From: Antedon mediterranea
Lineage: Eukaryota; Animalia; Echinodermata
Length of the DNA: 64,000 nucleotides
Assembly (NCBI RefSeq): GCF_964355755.1
Contig: NC_092674.1
Span: 30,380,001-30,444,000 of the forward strand
Direction: 5' to 3'
A program made the translations under genes and the position numbers. The first letter of the stretch is position 1; the number at the start of each line of letters is the position of its first letter. A model generated the notes under the pieces. The model was not told where the DNA came from and searched no databases. It saw only the letters and a program-made list of their open reading frames with translations. Of the stretch, positions 52,701 to 64,000 are shown piece by piece.

Positions 52701-55598
52701 TATTATATAATATCAACCAACTCTTAATATGTCCAATGATTAGAATGTACATGTACTTTAATGTCTGTGTTCTTTCTGCAAGGTTGACGACAAAGATACT
52801 AGAAAGTTAGTAGACATGGGTTTTGCCAAAGACTTAGCGACATCAGCATTACGAATCCATCATGGTAACTTTGATGCAGCTCTAGACTCATTGGTATCGG
52901 AGTCTAAGTATGATGACAAGCGGCAAGAAAGACAGTCATGGCCTGGTAGTAATAGACCAGACTATAATAGAAGAACAGGTATAATAATAATAATAATACC
53001 CTGGATTTATATAGCATTTATATAAAGTTGTAAAACCTCTAAGCGCTGAACATTATTACCCCAGTCAGTTTGTACTTAATTCAATTCTTCTCAACATCTG
53101 GACATTCATGTAAAATAAAACTTATTTCTATTTCAATAATGTTTTACCAGCTACAGTACTACCCTGTATCTTAAAATGTTTTTTCTTTTCTTTCTTATTT
53201 TTGTGGAAGTTTTGCTGACTAGATTGTATTGCCTCATTTATATTTAGAACTAGGAACACTCTTCCTTGTTGAGAACTAGGTACATAAATAAAATAAATAA
53301 AAATGTAGTCACTTTTATATAATATAAATAGTGTATTTCAATTTTAAATGTTAGCATTATTTTTTTTCTCACCAAAAAGAGGATAACCAGAGGCGAGATG
53401 ATTATCAAAGAAGAGATACTGATACTAGATGGAAAAACAATGACACAAGAGGAAGAGATAATGACACCAGAGGAAGAGATAATGATGCCAGAGGAAGAGA
53501 CAATGATCCCAGGGGAAGAGATGATCCCAGAGGAAGAGATGATACCAGAGGAAGGGACAATGATCTCAGAGGAAGAGATGATGCCAGGGGAAGGGACAAT
53601 GATAGGAGAAAGGAAAGTGATCCTCGAAAAAATGGAGATGACTTTAGGAGACGAGAAAGGGAGGATTTTAAGAAAGGTATTTAAATTTGTATTCACTGAT
53701 ATTGAATAAATAAACTTTATTAACTGATTATAGGTATATGAATTTGTTCACAATATTTTTTTGTAGGTGGAAGAAAACCACGGGTAGAGGAGGAAGAAGA
53801 AAATGGGGGTAGCAGGCCCTCTGGTCCGTCCACACTCTTTGATTTCCTGGCAACTAAACTTGGTGAGCCAGAAGGTGCAGGTAAGTAGATCATAACAAAA
53901 CATATAGCAAGTTTCTTGGCTACTGTTAGAAAAACTAGTAGAAAACTAGTTATTAACGGAGTGTAAAATTGTTTTCTCTTAATACCTACAGAGAAATCAA
54001 AGCCAACTCGTAAAATAAACTCAGACTATGAACAGCCATCTTCAGTGAAGGAAGCTGGTATAACTTTTCAGCATCGTGGGGGAGGATCAAAACGTCAAGT
54101 TGACGAAGGAAATAATTCCAGAGAGGACGATCATAAAGGGAACCAAAGAACTGGACCAAGAGATACGCGTAGTAAAAATTGGCAGGATAACCTACCGCCG
54201 CGTTTTCGGAAGGAACAATCTAATTCCCTTCCAAGTAGCGCTCGTAATTCCCGCCGTGATTATGATCATGAAGACAATCATCGTCATACAGATTATGAAA
54301 GGACTTTTAACAATGAAGGTCGTAGGTCACATCGTCAAGGAAATTATAATAGACAATCGGATGAACATTCAAATAATGATAGACAAAGGAATTATGACAG
54401 GAGGTCAAAGTTCAGGGATCAAAGGTCATATGATTCACCAAGGAAACATGATAGACCAGCGAGTTATAACGGAGAAGATTATTATGATCGTGGAACGAAT
54501 CAAAGGCAGCGACACTATTGTGATAACAACGCAGAGGGGGATCAAAACAAGAATTGGAATGCGTATAACAATGCGCAAGAGTTTCAGGCGGATGAACTAC
54601 CAAGTCCACCACCTGCACCCGATGCTATAGTATATGAACAATCAGCACAGCCAATCGCAATGGTTCAACCGCAAATGGTGGCTGTATTTCAGTGGAAACC
54701 AGGCGACTCCTGTCTTGCAATGTGGAATGATGGAGGAGTAAGTCATGTTGAAGTTTATACAATAATGGACAATTAAGATCTACATTAGAACCCTATTAAA
54801 TGGACACCGTTGAGACCCTAAAAAGGGGTATCCCCCTGAATATTATTAAATAGTATTAAAAATATATATTTCTCCTTGTTCATTTCATAGAAAAGTTTCC
54901 CCTTAATAAGAGTGCGTCTGAATAGGGTATACCAAAGGATGGTTCTACTGTATTATTTACCAGTTGAAGGGATTCAACAATAGACTCCAATAATAACATT
55001 TATTTATCCTTTCAGTTTTATCCAGCCAGAATCCAAAACATAGATCCAACTGGACAGAGTTTCTTTGTATACTATGAAGAATATGGAGATTATGCCCATG
55101 TACAAGTTGGTGACCTACGACCTTATATGGGACAGTGGGTAAGCAGAAACAAACTTTAAAGCACTGTCTACACTATCGAACTAGTTTGACAAAAAAGTTC
55201 CCAATACGGTAGTGATATGCTCATATATGGTAGTGATATGACATCACTATTTCCATATATGGGCACATTACATTTGTTTGTCATATAAAGTTTGATAGTG
55301 TAGACAGAGCTTAAATAGTGTTTCATTTAATTACAATATCATAGTTCATTCTAAATCTTGTTTTCATTAAATTCAGCAGACTACACAGCTGATGTATTCA
55401 AACTCAATGACCCAACCACCACCACCACCACCACAAACACAGATGATTGACAGCTACCAAGGCCAGCTATCTGGTATATTAGAGGTACGACGAGGGGGAC
55501 AAGGTGTAATGAAGAGGCCTGCTAACGGACCTCCAAGAGAGAGGAGATCTGTACGACCAGGTACTCAAGTTTACACCCCTCCGGGGGGTCGAAGTTGA
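46756..55598 (+). CDS. TDRD3: Tudor domain-containing protein 3 (OB fold, UBA, Tudor, C-terminal EJC-binding motif); ~13 exons
   Basis: ALN|[45 protein letters not shown]...[53 protein letters not shown], Tudor [15 protein letters not shown], and C-terminal LEVRRGG...[10 protein letters not shown]. Confidence 0.93.
47314..48190 (+). repeat. 35-bp tandem array (~24 units) comprising the TDRD3 exon-2 end plus its 5' splice site
   Basis: Unit AATTAAGAATGCACTCAAT|GTAAGTAACTGGTATA; the first unit contains the real exon/intron junction at 47332/47333. Confidence 0.92.
49741..51380. repeat. 23-bp minisatellite (~70 units) in a TDRD3 intron
   Basis: Unit CTAAGTTCTAACTAAGTTGTCAA, built from two related subrepeats, with T/C variants and occasional 4-bp deletions. 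Confidence 0.95.
51762..51902. mobile_element. Family A MITE
   Basis: TAA|ATCTCTGTCTACACTATCAAAC...GTTTGATAGTATAGACAGAGCT|TAA. Confidence 0.8.
54782..54952. mobile_element. Tc1/mariner-like MITE relic
   Basis: TA|CATTAGAACC...GGTTCTACTG|TA termini; a related relic occurs at ~15450-15630. Confidence 0.55.
55160..55311. mobile_element. Family A MITE
   Basis: TAA|AGCACTGTCTACACTATC...GATAGTGTAGACAGAGCT|TAA. Confidence 0.85.
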
Positions 55599-56155
55599 TG
55601 AAAACAGGCCGTTGAGATATTTATAAAAAGAGATATGAACTTTGACCCCATTTCCAATGAGGTTAAAGTTCAAAGCCTTTATGGTGATTGTTTTCGGCCA
55701 AACCAAACAGATGATATTTTGTAAAGCATTACTTGTTACTATACACTGCCAGAGTTAAATAGCCAAGTGAGTTAAATAATGATTTGTTTGACTTGAGAGT
55801 GTTTATAATTGAAGTATGTTCTAAGCCTTAGAAGCTGTAGATGATGGATGGTGATAATTATTGTACAAGGTGATTGATACAGTCGACTAGCTGTTAACCC
55901 GACACACTTGGCCTTGCTTACCCACAGTAATTGTGTTTCTCCCAGAAGTCTCTGTTTTTGTGGACCTAACTTAATGTCTTGTTTTTGGTTGAATTGACTG
56001 TAAAAGAATGAGTGAATAACTGTCTGATATCTAGGTATAGATCTGATGGTCAATTATTATGGATGAGTTTGCTAGGCGATGTGAAAGAACTATTATAGTG
56101 TTCAATACATTGATTGTAAGAAACTTGGCAAACAGCAGCAGCGGATAATATATAA

Positions 56156-56260
56156 AGCTCTATCTACACTATCAAACTAGTTTGACAAAAAAATGTGATG
56201 TCATATCCCTACCATATTGAGGCATACCACTACAGTAGTTTGATAGTGTTGACAGAACTC
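56156..56260. mobile_element. Family A MITE (short) in the TDRD3 3' region
   Basis: AGCTCTATCTACACTATCAAACTA...TAGTTTGATAGTGTTGACAGAACT. Confidence 0.7.
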
Positions 56261-59145
56261 TCAGCTTGCTTTTAAGTAACCCAAACCCCACCTGAACTAT
56301 CCCACCTTTTACACTTCTTCCCAATATATAGCTACTGCTGCATGAGATTTGGAAAAAATCTAATGAAAGCTGATTATCTGTAAATTTAGTTTTATATAAA
56401 ATAATGCGAGTAATAATATCAAATTCAGTATATCGCATATTTTTTGTAATAGATGCTTTTGATTAATTATTTGTATTTGCTCGTCATAATTTGTCCGTCA
56501 TTTGTATAAACGTATAGTGTTGCTCCAGCACCTTGAATTGATAGCACTTAAAGTGGTTGACAAAGTATGTGTAAGTAAGCATTGTATTCAGTTCTACAGA
56601 GGCAGATCCAGGATGGTTTAAATGGAAGAGGGTGGGGGGAGGGGAGGGGTGGGGTGGGGTTAGTGAGGGCTAACATATAATCATATCATCATATCATATA
56701 TGTATATTTATTGATGGAATAAAAATAATTGTATAGCAGTATAAAAATGGAAATATTAATAGTCTGTCAAAAATAGAAAAAGTAGTTCATGCCAAAGGGG
56801 GAGAACATGACCCAAGCCCCACCCCCTGGATCTTTCCTTGTTCTATTTCCTTATGTTAGGTGCAAAAGTTGTTTAAAGCCTAATTTGGTATCATATTTTT
56901 AACAACTATCCTTGTTAATCTACAGTTTTGTTTAACAGCACTGTATTATGATGTTTTGCCCGACCTGCAACTCAAGCTTTGTTAAGTATGAACCTACATG
57001 ATTTAGGACGCTAGAATGTGCCTAACAAGGGTCCACATATGACAGGGATCATGGGTCATGTGACAGGGCTTCACATACAAAGCTATAAAAAAAACACCTG
57101 TAAAACTGTACAGTGTCAGTATGTAGTTACAGTAATATAAATTACGTTAGGAGTACTTAAATCCACCCCTGGTAAAAGTAAGTACAATACCAATGATATT
57201 TTCACAAACAAGAAAGTAATACCCAATCCTAAAAAACCACATTTGTAAAGTATTGTATATTTTTTTAATTACAGTATTAAACATTTTGTGAAATAATTTT
57301 ACCATAATTTTAATTAAAATGTTTTATATTTTTAATTCCTCATTATTTACTCATTTAACAGATTTAAAACAATAAATACAGGAATTACTCATAAGCATTA
57401 GTACGAAGAATGATTAAATTATTTCCAAATTGTTTCCATGAAGTATGAGGTCAGATGTATGAGGTCGGTTAAAGTAGTACTTAAATAAAAAATGGTGTTC
57501 AAAAATGTCATTAATAAAAAATATTAGTTAAAAATAGTAATATCCAAATACATGTTTATTTTACTAAAAACATGCTTATATTTTTATGATTTTTCATTTT
57601 GATGAAAAAAAATATTATAATTTATGTAAATTAATTTTTCACAGGCTAAAATAAATTATGAATTTCATAATTAAATAATGTATTTTGGAAAGGTAAACAG
57701 TTTTTTATGGTGATTGTTTTGTTTAAAAATTAGAATAGGAAAAACTTTGTGAGATATTGGCTTATATTGTCACCTGTTAGTTATTGTGGATATACAGTAG
57801 GTATGTTTAGAGAAGTGACAACTTGATTATAACATACTTATTTAAATATACCAATGAGATGTCATTACACGTTAATTACATGATGGTTTAATGTTTTCCA
57901 TTTAGTATGTTCTTTGGTGGAAGTTGGTTAATGGATCTTAATGATTTTGTTCATTTTTAGTAGGTTGTTGGAAAGTATTAGTATTAGTATAATAATAACA
58001 TATCATTTATATTATTTCATATGTGTACTTGTTTAGTGGTCTTTTTATTTATTAAAAGAAAAAAAAACAAAAGCTATACTTTTATCATAAGCTTATCAAT
58101 ATCTTTAATTTTTTAGTAAAATGCTCAACTATTAGTATAAACTAATAATAAAGCCAGGTTAATGTTTATCATATAATATATTGTGCATTAGTGGCTTAAA
58201 AAAATTAATATGCAATACTATTTTTGAATTTAGAATAGTAGAAGCTTAAAAATTATAATTTAGCAATGTATTAATTGTTACGTTTAGTATTCTGTATTGT
58301 ACTGTACAGTATATTTGTATAGCATTTAAAAATATTGTATAGGTATTTGTTTTAAATATACAAATCAATTACAAACATTGTTGTCATAGTTTTGATTGCT
58401 TTCTGAGTTATTCTGACAATAGGGAGCTGTCAATTTGGGATGACCAATGACCTAGGTCAGGTCAATGTATGTCGTCAGTTGTTGCCTGACCTAGAAATCA
58501 TCAAACCTGTGTCGAGGTAAGGAGCAAGTCCCAACATTTCTGCATGCTCACAATGAATTACCATGACGTAGTTTTGTTGTCGTTTGTTGCAAATCACAAT
58601 GTAGACATTTTCTTCGGATACATAATTGAAACGACGAAGAAGTTTTCAAACATATTTATTGCCACTTTTAATATATTTAAATTTGTTCAAAAATTTGATG
58701 AATAACTGTACTATATGTTTAAAAAAATTTAAAATATTAATTTAATTTGAAAAAAAATATAGATAGAATGTTACTTATTTCACCATATGTTAAAATAGAT
58801 TAGAATAAAATGGTCATTACACAGTTAACTAAACCAATCAATAAAATCAAGACAATAACATTTTATTAGCAGAAATGTCCATCAACTGAGCTACATACCT
58901 CAACACTGTACATTTAGCTGAATCCTACTCTAGGCCTACATCCCAATACAAGCCAAATCTCCATATTAACTCTATATCTCAAATAATTAGGCCTGGGCCT
59001 ACAAGCAATAACATTTTCTATATTCAATCAAAATACATATTGAAACCATTTTGTACAGATATTTTGGAATAATTTTGTTACATTTATCTTTAGTATATTT
59101 AAGTTGTTCTATGCACTCAATAATGTTACAAACAGCAATAATTTG

Positions 59146-62100
59146 TTAATATCGAATTTCATCATCTCTTCTTAAACTTTGCTGAGCAAAGAATTGGGTG
59201 ACATTATCATAATAGTCTTCAGATAACCAAAAGCACTGTTGTGGATCCACATGATTCGAGCTACAAGAAGCAAAAGGATAAAATATTTATTATATTATAC
59301 ACATTATACAATTATCTGTGAAGTTACAAGATAGTATTTGAACAAAGATAATACAGTGAAGAACTGTGTAAACAGTTACATACAATGCTTCCATCAGTAG
59401 TCCCATAAATGGACTGTTAAAATACATCCAGCGAGAACATGTGACCTTTTGCTGACATGGTGAGCATCATAACCATTAGACCACGTGTTTCTTGGTTATT
59501 ATGTTATATATCATGGAGAAATAGTCTCCATGGTTATATACATGTATATGACATCAACATTAACTGATACACATAAAAAACTACTTATGTACACCTCTTC
59601 TGGAAGCATTGATTTCAGAAACAAGGGAAAGATTGAAATGACTCTTCCCTGCTGAAACTGTTAAGTTTTGTTTGTGTTTGTTTATAATCTATTTATAAAT
59701 AAGCACACATTCAACAGTTAATATACAGCAACAATACCTTGTTCCGTTGCAGAATTTCACAATGATATATCCATCATTTGTTCCCACTATCTTTCCAGGC
59801 AAGTAAATGATGGACACGGCATTGGCAACCGCAAGAACGTGATCTCCTAGAGCTAATCTCTGTCGGCGAGTGAAAGAACCGAATATATGTTTTGTGTACT
59901 GGGAACTTTCTTCACCATTTGCCCATTGTAGATGAAATTGGAAAGTTTGGCCAATTCTTTCTTTGATGGATGCTGTAAGAAAAATGATGTGAACCGTTTT
60001 TTTATATTTAGCATTGCATGAAATTTATTATACTTGTATCCCAAAGTCAGTGTTTATAATTAAATACATATTGGAAAATTTCATTTTCTATTCCATTGAT
60101 TGTGAAAATCTCATTAAAATCTAATTTATTTTCCATTTCTATCGCATCTTACCTAAATGGTACATGCCATCTCCATCATTTCTTGCCACCACAGCCGATC
60201 CAATCAACGACGTCTCACAATTCATTATATAAGCTACTAACTCTTCATATAGTTGGTCATTTATTTTGTAAAGCTCTTCTCTGGGCACTTTAGCTTCTTC
60301 ATCATCATAGAATAAAACTTGACACCAGAGATCTGGGAATGAGCGGGTAATACGACCTGGTGCGTAACGAAAAGGGTAGTCAGGATGTAGACCAATTATT
60401 AAATCTCCAGCCTAAAAAATAACAATTTATTTATTACCACAATAATACTAAGACATTTTATGTATGAATTATTGCCCATACAGTATATGAATCGTGCCCA
60501 TATATGGACACGATGACATTATATCACTACTATATTTGGGATCATAATACTTTTTTTGTGAAACTAGACAGAGCTTCACATTTGTGTTTTATAGTGAATC
60601 AGCTATATTATCACCTGTATAATAATCTCTGAATCTTCTTTATCTGTAAATATATGTTTTCTATCAGCTTTTTCAATTGCTCCAACATTATCTGTTATAA
60701 AGTATTGACCATCTTCTGCTTGTTCTTCAATTGTTCCTACAAAAAATAACGATGATGTGTTGAATATCTGCTTGCTATAGTAGTGAGAGTTTAAAATTAT
60801 ACTTTTGAAATTTGAGTGATTGTCGTAAAAGCTAACCTCTGTAAAACCATCCATCAACTGGCCAGCGTGCAAGCACCTCTTCGCCATCTTCTATTTTATC
60901 ATCAAATTCTTCTTCTATGATTGATTCATTTTCACTTTCATCAGTACCTGGCTGGACTTCTTCTGATTGAGTACTTTGTTCGTGTGTTGGTGCTTTCTTG
61001 GTGAAGAAATCCTTAAAAAAGAATAAAATATGCTATAAATAAAAAGACATGGTACTTATAATCTTAACAAGGCCATTTTACAATGCCAGTGATCAACAGC
61101 TATAACTTTATTAGGAAGGTATAGGTACTATGTCTTAAATGGAACATACCTGATGCTTGTCTAGGAGTTCTTGTTGTTTGTCCTGCAGTTTTTTGTGTTT
61201 GTCTTGTAGCTCTGCATGGTGACTGTCATAACCCTTTTGTACTTCATTTATCTTCTTAACAGTGTGTTTAAGTTCCTCACGTAATTCCTGAAAAATGTAA
61301 AGGAAGATTTTAAAGGAAGCTTTTCAACAATAGTGGTCAAGGAAAGGGTATACATGCAAGGGCTAGTAAAGATGGGCTATATGAATATTGCTGTTATGGT
61401 AAAATAAATTGTACTGACCTCTTGAGACCTGAAGTGATCTGTTTGCTGTTGGTTCAACTGATCTTGAAGCTCTTCAAGTTTGTGAAGGAACTCTTTGAGA
61501 GATTCTCCACTTAACTGTGAGGTTGCCATATCAGGTTCATCTTCACCAGCAGAGGATCCAGCACTAGAATCTTCACTCTTACTGCCATCATTCTTGGAAT
61601 CATCCTCATTTTTCTGAGTTTGTTCATGATCTGGAGATGCTGATCTTGATGAATGTTTTGAGTCAGGTGGTGAACAAGACCTGGATGATGATTTAGAAAC
61701 ATGAGATGCTTCTGATTTGTGAGAAGAATGTGACCCTGATCTCTTTGAAGAATTTGAACGTGCTCTTTCTGATGAATTTGAATCTGACCTTTTGGATGAA
61801 CGTGACCTATCAGATGAGTCTGACCTGTTTAGTGAGCGGGAACCTGACCTTTGAGTTGATCTTGAATGTGAACTTTTTGATGATTTGGAACTAGACCGAG
61901 ATTGTGTTCTCTTTGAAGATCTTTCATTACTGGATGATCTTGAGCGGTCAGAAGCTGCACTAGAATATTTGTTCTGTTTATTGTCTGATTCTCTGGATCT
62001 CGATCTGGACGTGGACGGAGACCTACTAGATGACCTATCAAACTTTACACCTGATAAATAGAAAATTTAATTTATATAAAATGTTATATTTACACAACCC

Positions 62101-64000
62101 AAAGTTTTGGGACAATATTTTTACATAGTAAATATAGGGCTTACCTTTCTTTTCCTTCTCTTTATCTTTTTTCTTTTTCTTTCTTCGTCTGTGTCGCTCT
62201 CTTCCTCTATCTTTGTCCTTTTTCTTTTTATGATGTTTTGGCTTTTCTTCCTCTTTCGTTGCTTTATTCTCCTCATGTATTGTAGAGTGAAGACTAAAAG
62301 TGAAATAATTCAAAGTTTATAAATAATTAATAAGTCGGTATAGTAGTATACAATTCTTACTGATTGTTATTTGTATGACATTAGATGTTATAAGTAGTGC
62401 AACAAAAGGTGTTTTACTTTTGGAAATCGACTCCTTGTAAATCCCAAATAAACCGTAAAGCAAAGTTGTAGCGGGATTTGGTGATCTTCACAATAGAGTT
62501 TCTTTGGACGTTTACCTGAAACAATACAATAGTTTATTAAAATAATCCTGGTTTATGTTCTGTAATACCGAAGTGGCTCTCTGTTTCAATATCAAATAAT
62601 ATTGTCTTTATGTACTACACAACACATGGATTTCATCAAAATAAAAATATGGAAATGTAATGAAAACCTTTTAGATAAATTTACAAACTTACTGCTTTGT
62701 TGTTGAACTTAATTATGGTGTAAAACTTTGCTTGTTTCGCTTCATGAATCGGTGTGATTTGAACCATTCCTGGTACCCAACATTGGTAGGGCACTTTTCC
62801 AGTTTTGACCAATACATAATCTGCCACCTGTGAAATAGATAAACTTTTTGTAGATTACAAGTGAGTACAGATCATCTTGTAACAAACTGGGTTAGTGCTA
62901 CCAGACTGACACCATGAATATGTGAATATTGTAGCTCAATGTATGTATTGGCCTATCTTTGATCTTGAATCTACACTCAATGTGTAGATAGAGGTTGGAC
63001 ACTCAATGTGTAGATAGAGGTTGAAGAGGAGAGAGCTAGTCAAACAAAGGTGACCCTTGGTGGTCAAACTTAGAGATCAGCTTCGAGATGTTTTTAGTGA
63101 AAGTGGTCGCAGTTGTGGAGTATGGAAGGGTACTCCAGTCTCTGACTGGAAATAACAAATTCCATTCTCCCTATGGCTGAAACATTGTGATGTCATGTTT
63201 CTTAGGTCGATTTCAAAAGAATAATCAAGGCTTGGGACTACTGTATATCAATTTTATATCAACTTACCCTGAGATAGGGACACGGCCTGGCACCACTCAT
63301 AGGAATAACAAAACGTGATGGTACTAAACGCTGAGTTGTATCGTAGAACTGGACTTCAATGTGACGGGCATTTGGAACATCCACAACAGTGCCTATTAAA
63401 TTTATATATTATTATTTCGTTTATTTTATATTTAATGAGTTCATGGTTTGGGAGAAAGCATCTACAGGTACATATATTTTGAAAAATTGAAAAAACCCAC
63501 ATGTATTGAAATTGTTGTCATTTTTTTAACATAACTTCTAGAAGGGATCCATGATAATAATGACTACCAATTACTGCTTTATCTATGTTCACTTTAATAT
63601 CTTTTTTCTATTTTGTATATTCATTCATTATTATCTAAATAAATATTATCTGAAATCTGAAATAACATGATGGTACAGTAGTGTCATGGTAAATGTGTTT
63701 AGCATCATTGTACAGAGCTTTCATGGTATAGGTTTCAGCATCATGGTACAGTGTCTCGGTAGTGTCATGTTAAAGGTGTCACATATCAGGCTGTTATTTC
63801 TTTTTTTTAATCATAGAAACTCATCAATTAATCTCCTTTATAACCGGTTTACCTTTATAATAGAATCCGTTCTCATCACTCCGTGCTATCACATGCATTC
63901 CTTTCATTTTGTCTAAGACACAGCGAACTCGTTTCTTACTAAGAGCCTTCTTGAGTGGTTTGTCTGTAGTTTTGTGGCTACCAGTAACCAAAGCATTGAG
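59146..64000 (-). CDS. VWA3B: 3' part of a VWA3B-like protein (DUF4537 Tudor-like modules, RS-rich linker, coiled coil); 5' part lies beyond the right edge
   Basis: HVIARSDENGFYYK|GTVV...FVIPMSGARPCPYLR|VADYVLVK...WVPGMV...KFYTIIKFNN|...IVKITKSRY matches the DUF4537 region of VWA3B. It is followed by Lys/Arg-rich and Arg/Ser-rich exons and a second module, VLARWPVDGWFYRG...AGDLIIGLHP...YAPG...YLPGKIV...VKFCNG. Stop at 59146. Confidence 0.72.

Noticed and set aside
53398-53709. ORF-track protein with EEEMMP repeats, and the antisense ORFs 53250-53696 and 53405-53599
   Set aside because: These are alternative frames of the TDRD3 RGRD-repeat exon; splice phases of the neighbouring exons fix the RGRD frame.

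Overview
This is AT-rich, intron-rich animal genomic DNA. It is probably an invertebrate deuterostome such as an echinoderm, an inference from the nuclear-type transglutaminase and the Deu-domain SINEs. Seven conserved multi-exon genes are readable: WDR19/IFT144 (-, 5' part only), NARS2 (+), a transglutaminase with a basic N-terminal extension (-), PTGR2 (+), RFC3 (-), TDRD3 (+) and the 3' part of VWA3B (-). The first six form three head-to-head pairs. The most unusual feature lies in the first 12 kb, which appears to be one very large WDR19 intron. It holds two tandem antisense copies of a two-exon gene for a type I membrane protein: signal peptide, Ig domain lacking the canonical Cys pair, second Ig domain, Thr-rich stalk, TM helix and a tail with two YxxV motifs. 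The copies differ at about 28 residues, all in the leader, ectodomain and stalk, and have identical TM and tail. Each sits behind a repeated module with kappaB-like and heat-shock-element-like motifs, which makes this a candidate diversifying immune or recognition receptor family. Other notable items are a 35-bp array that multiplies a TDRD3 splice donor about 24 times, an RGR-repeat exon and atypical Tudor cage in TDRD3, a SINE and LINE sharing a 3' stem-loop, Penelope-like hammerhead relics and several MITE families. Gene identities come from reading translations by eye against remembered family sequences. Exon coordinates are manual and may be off by a few bases.
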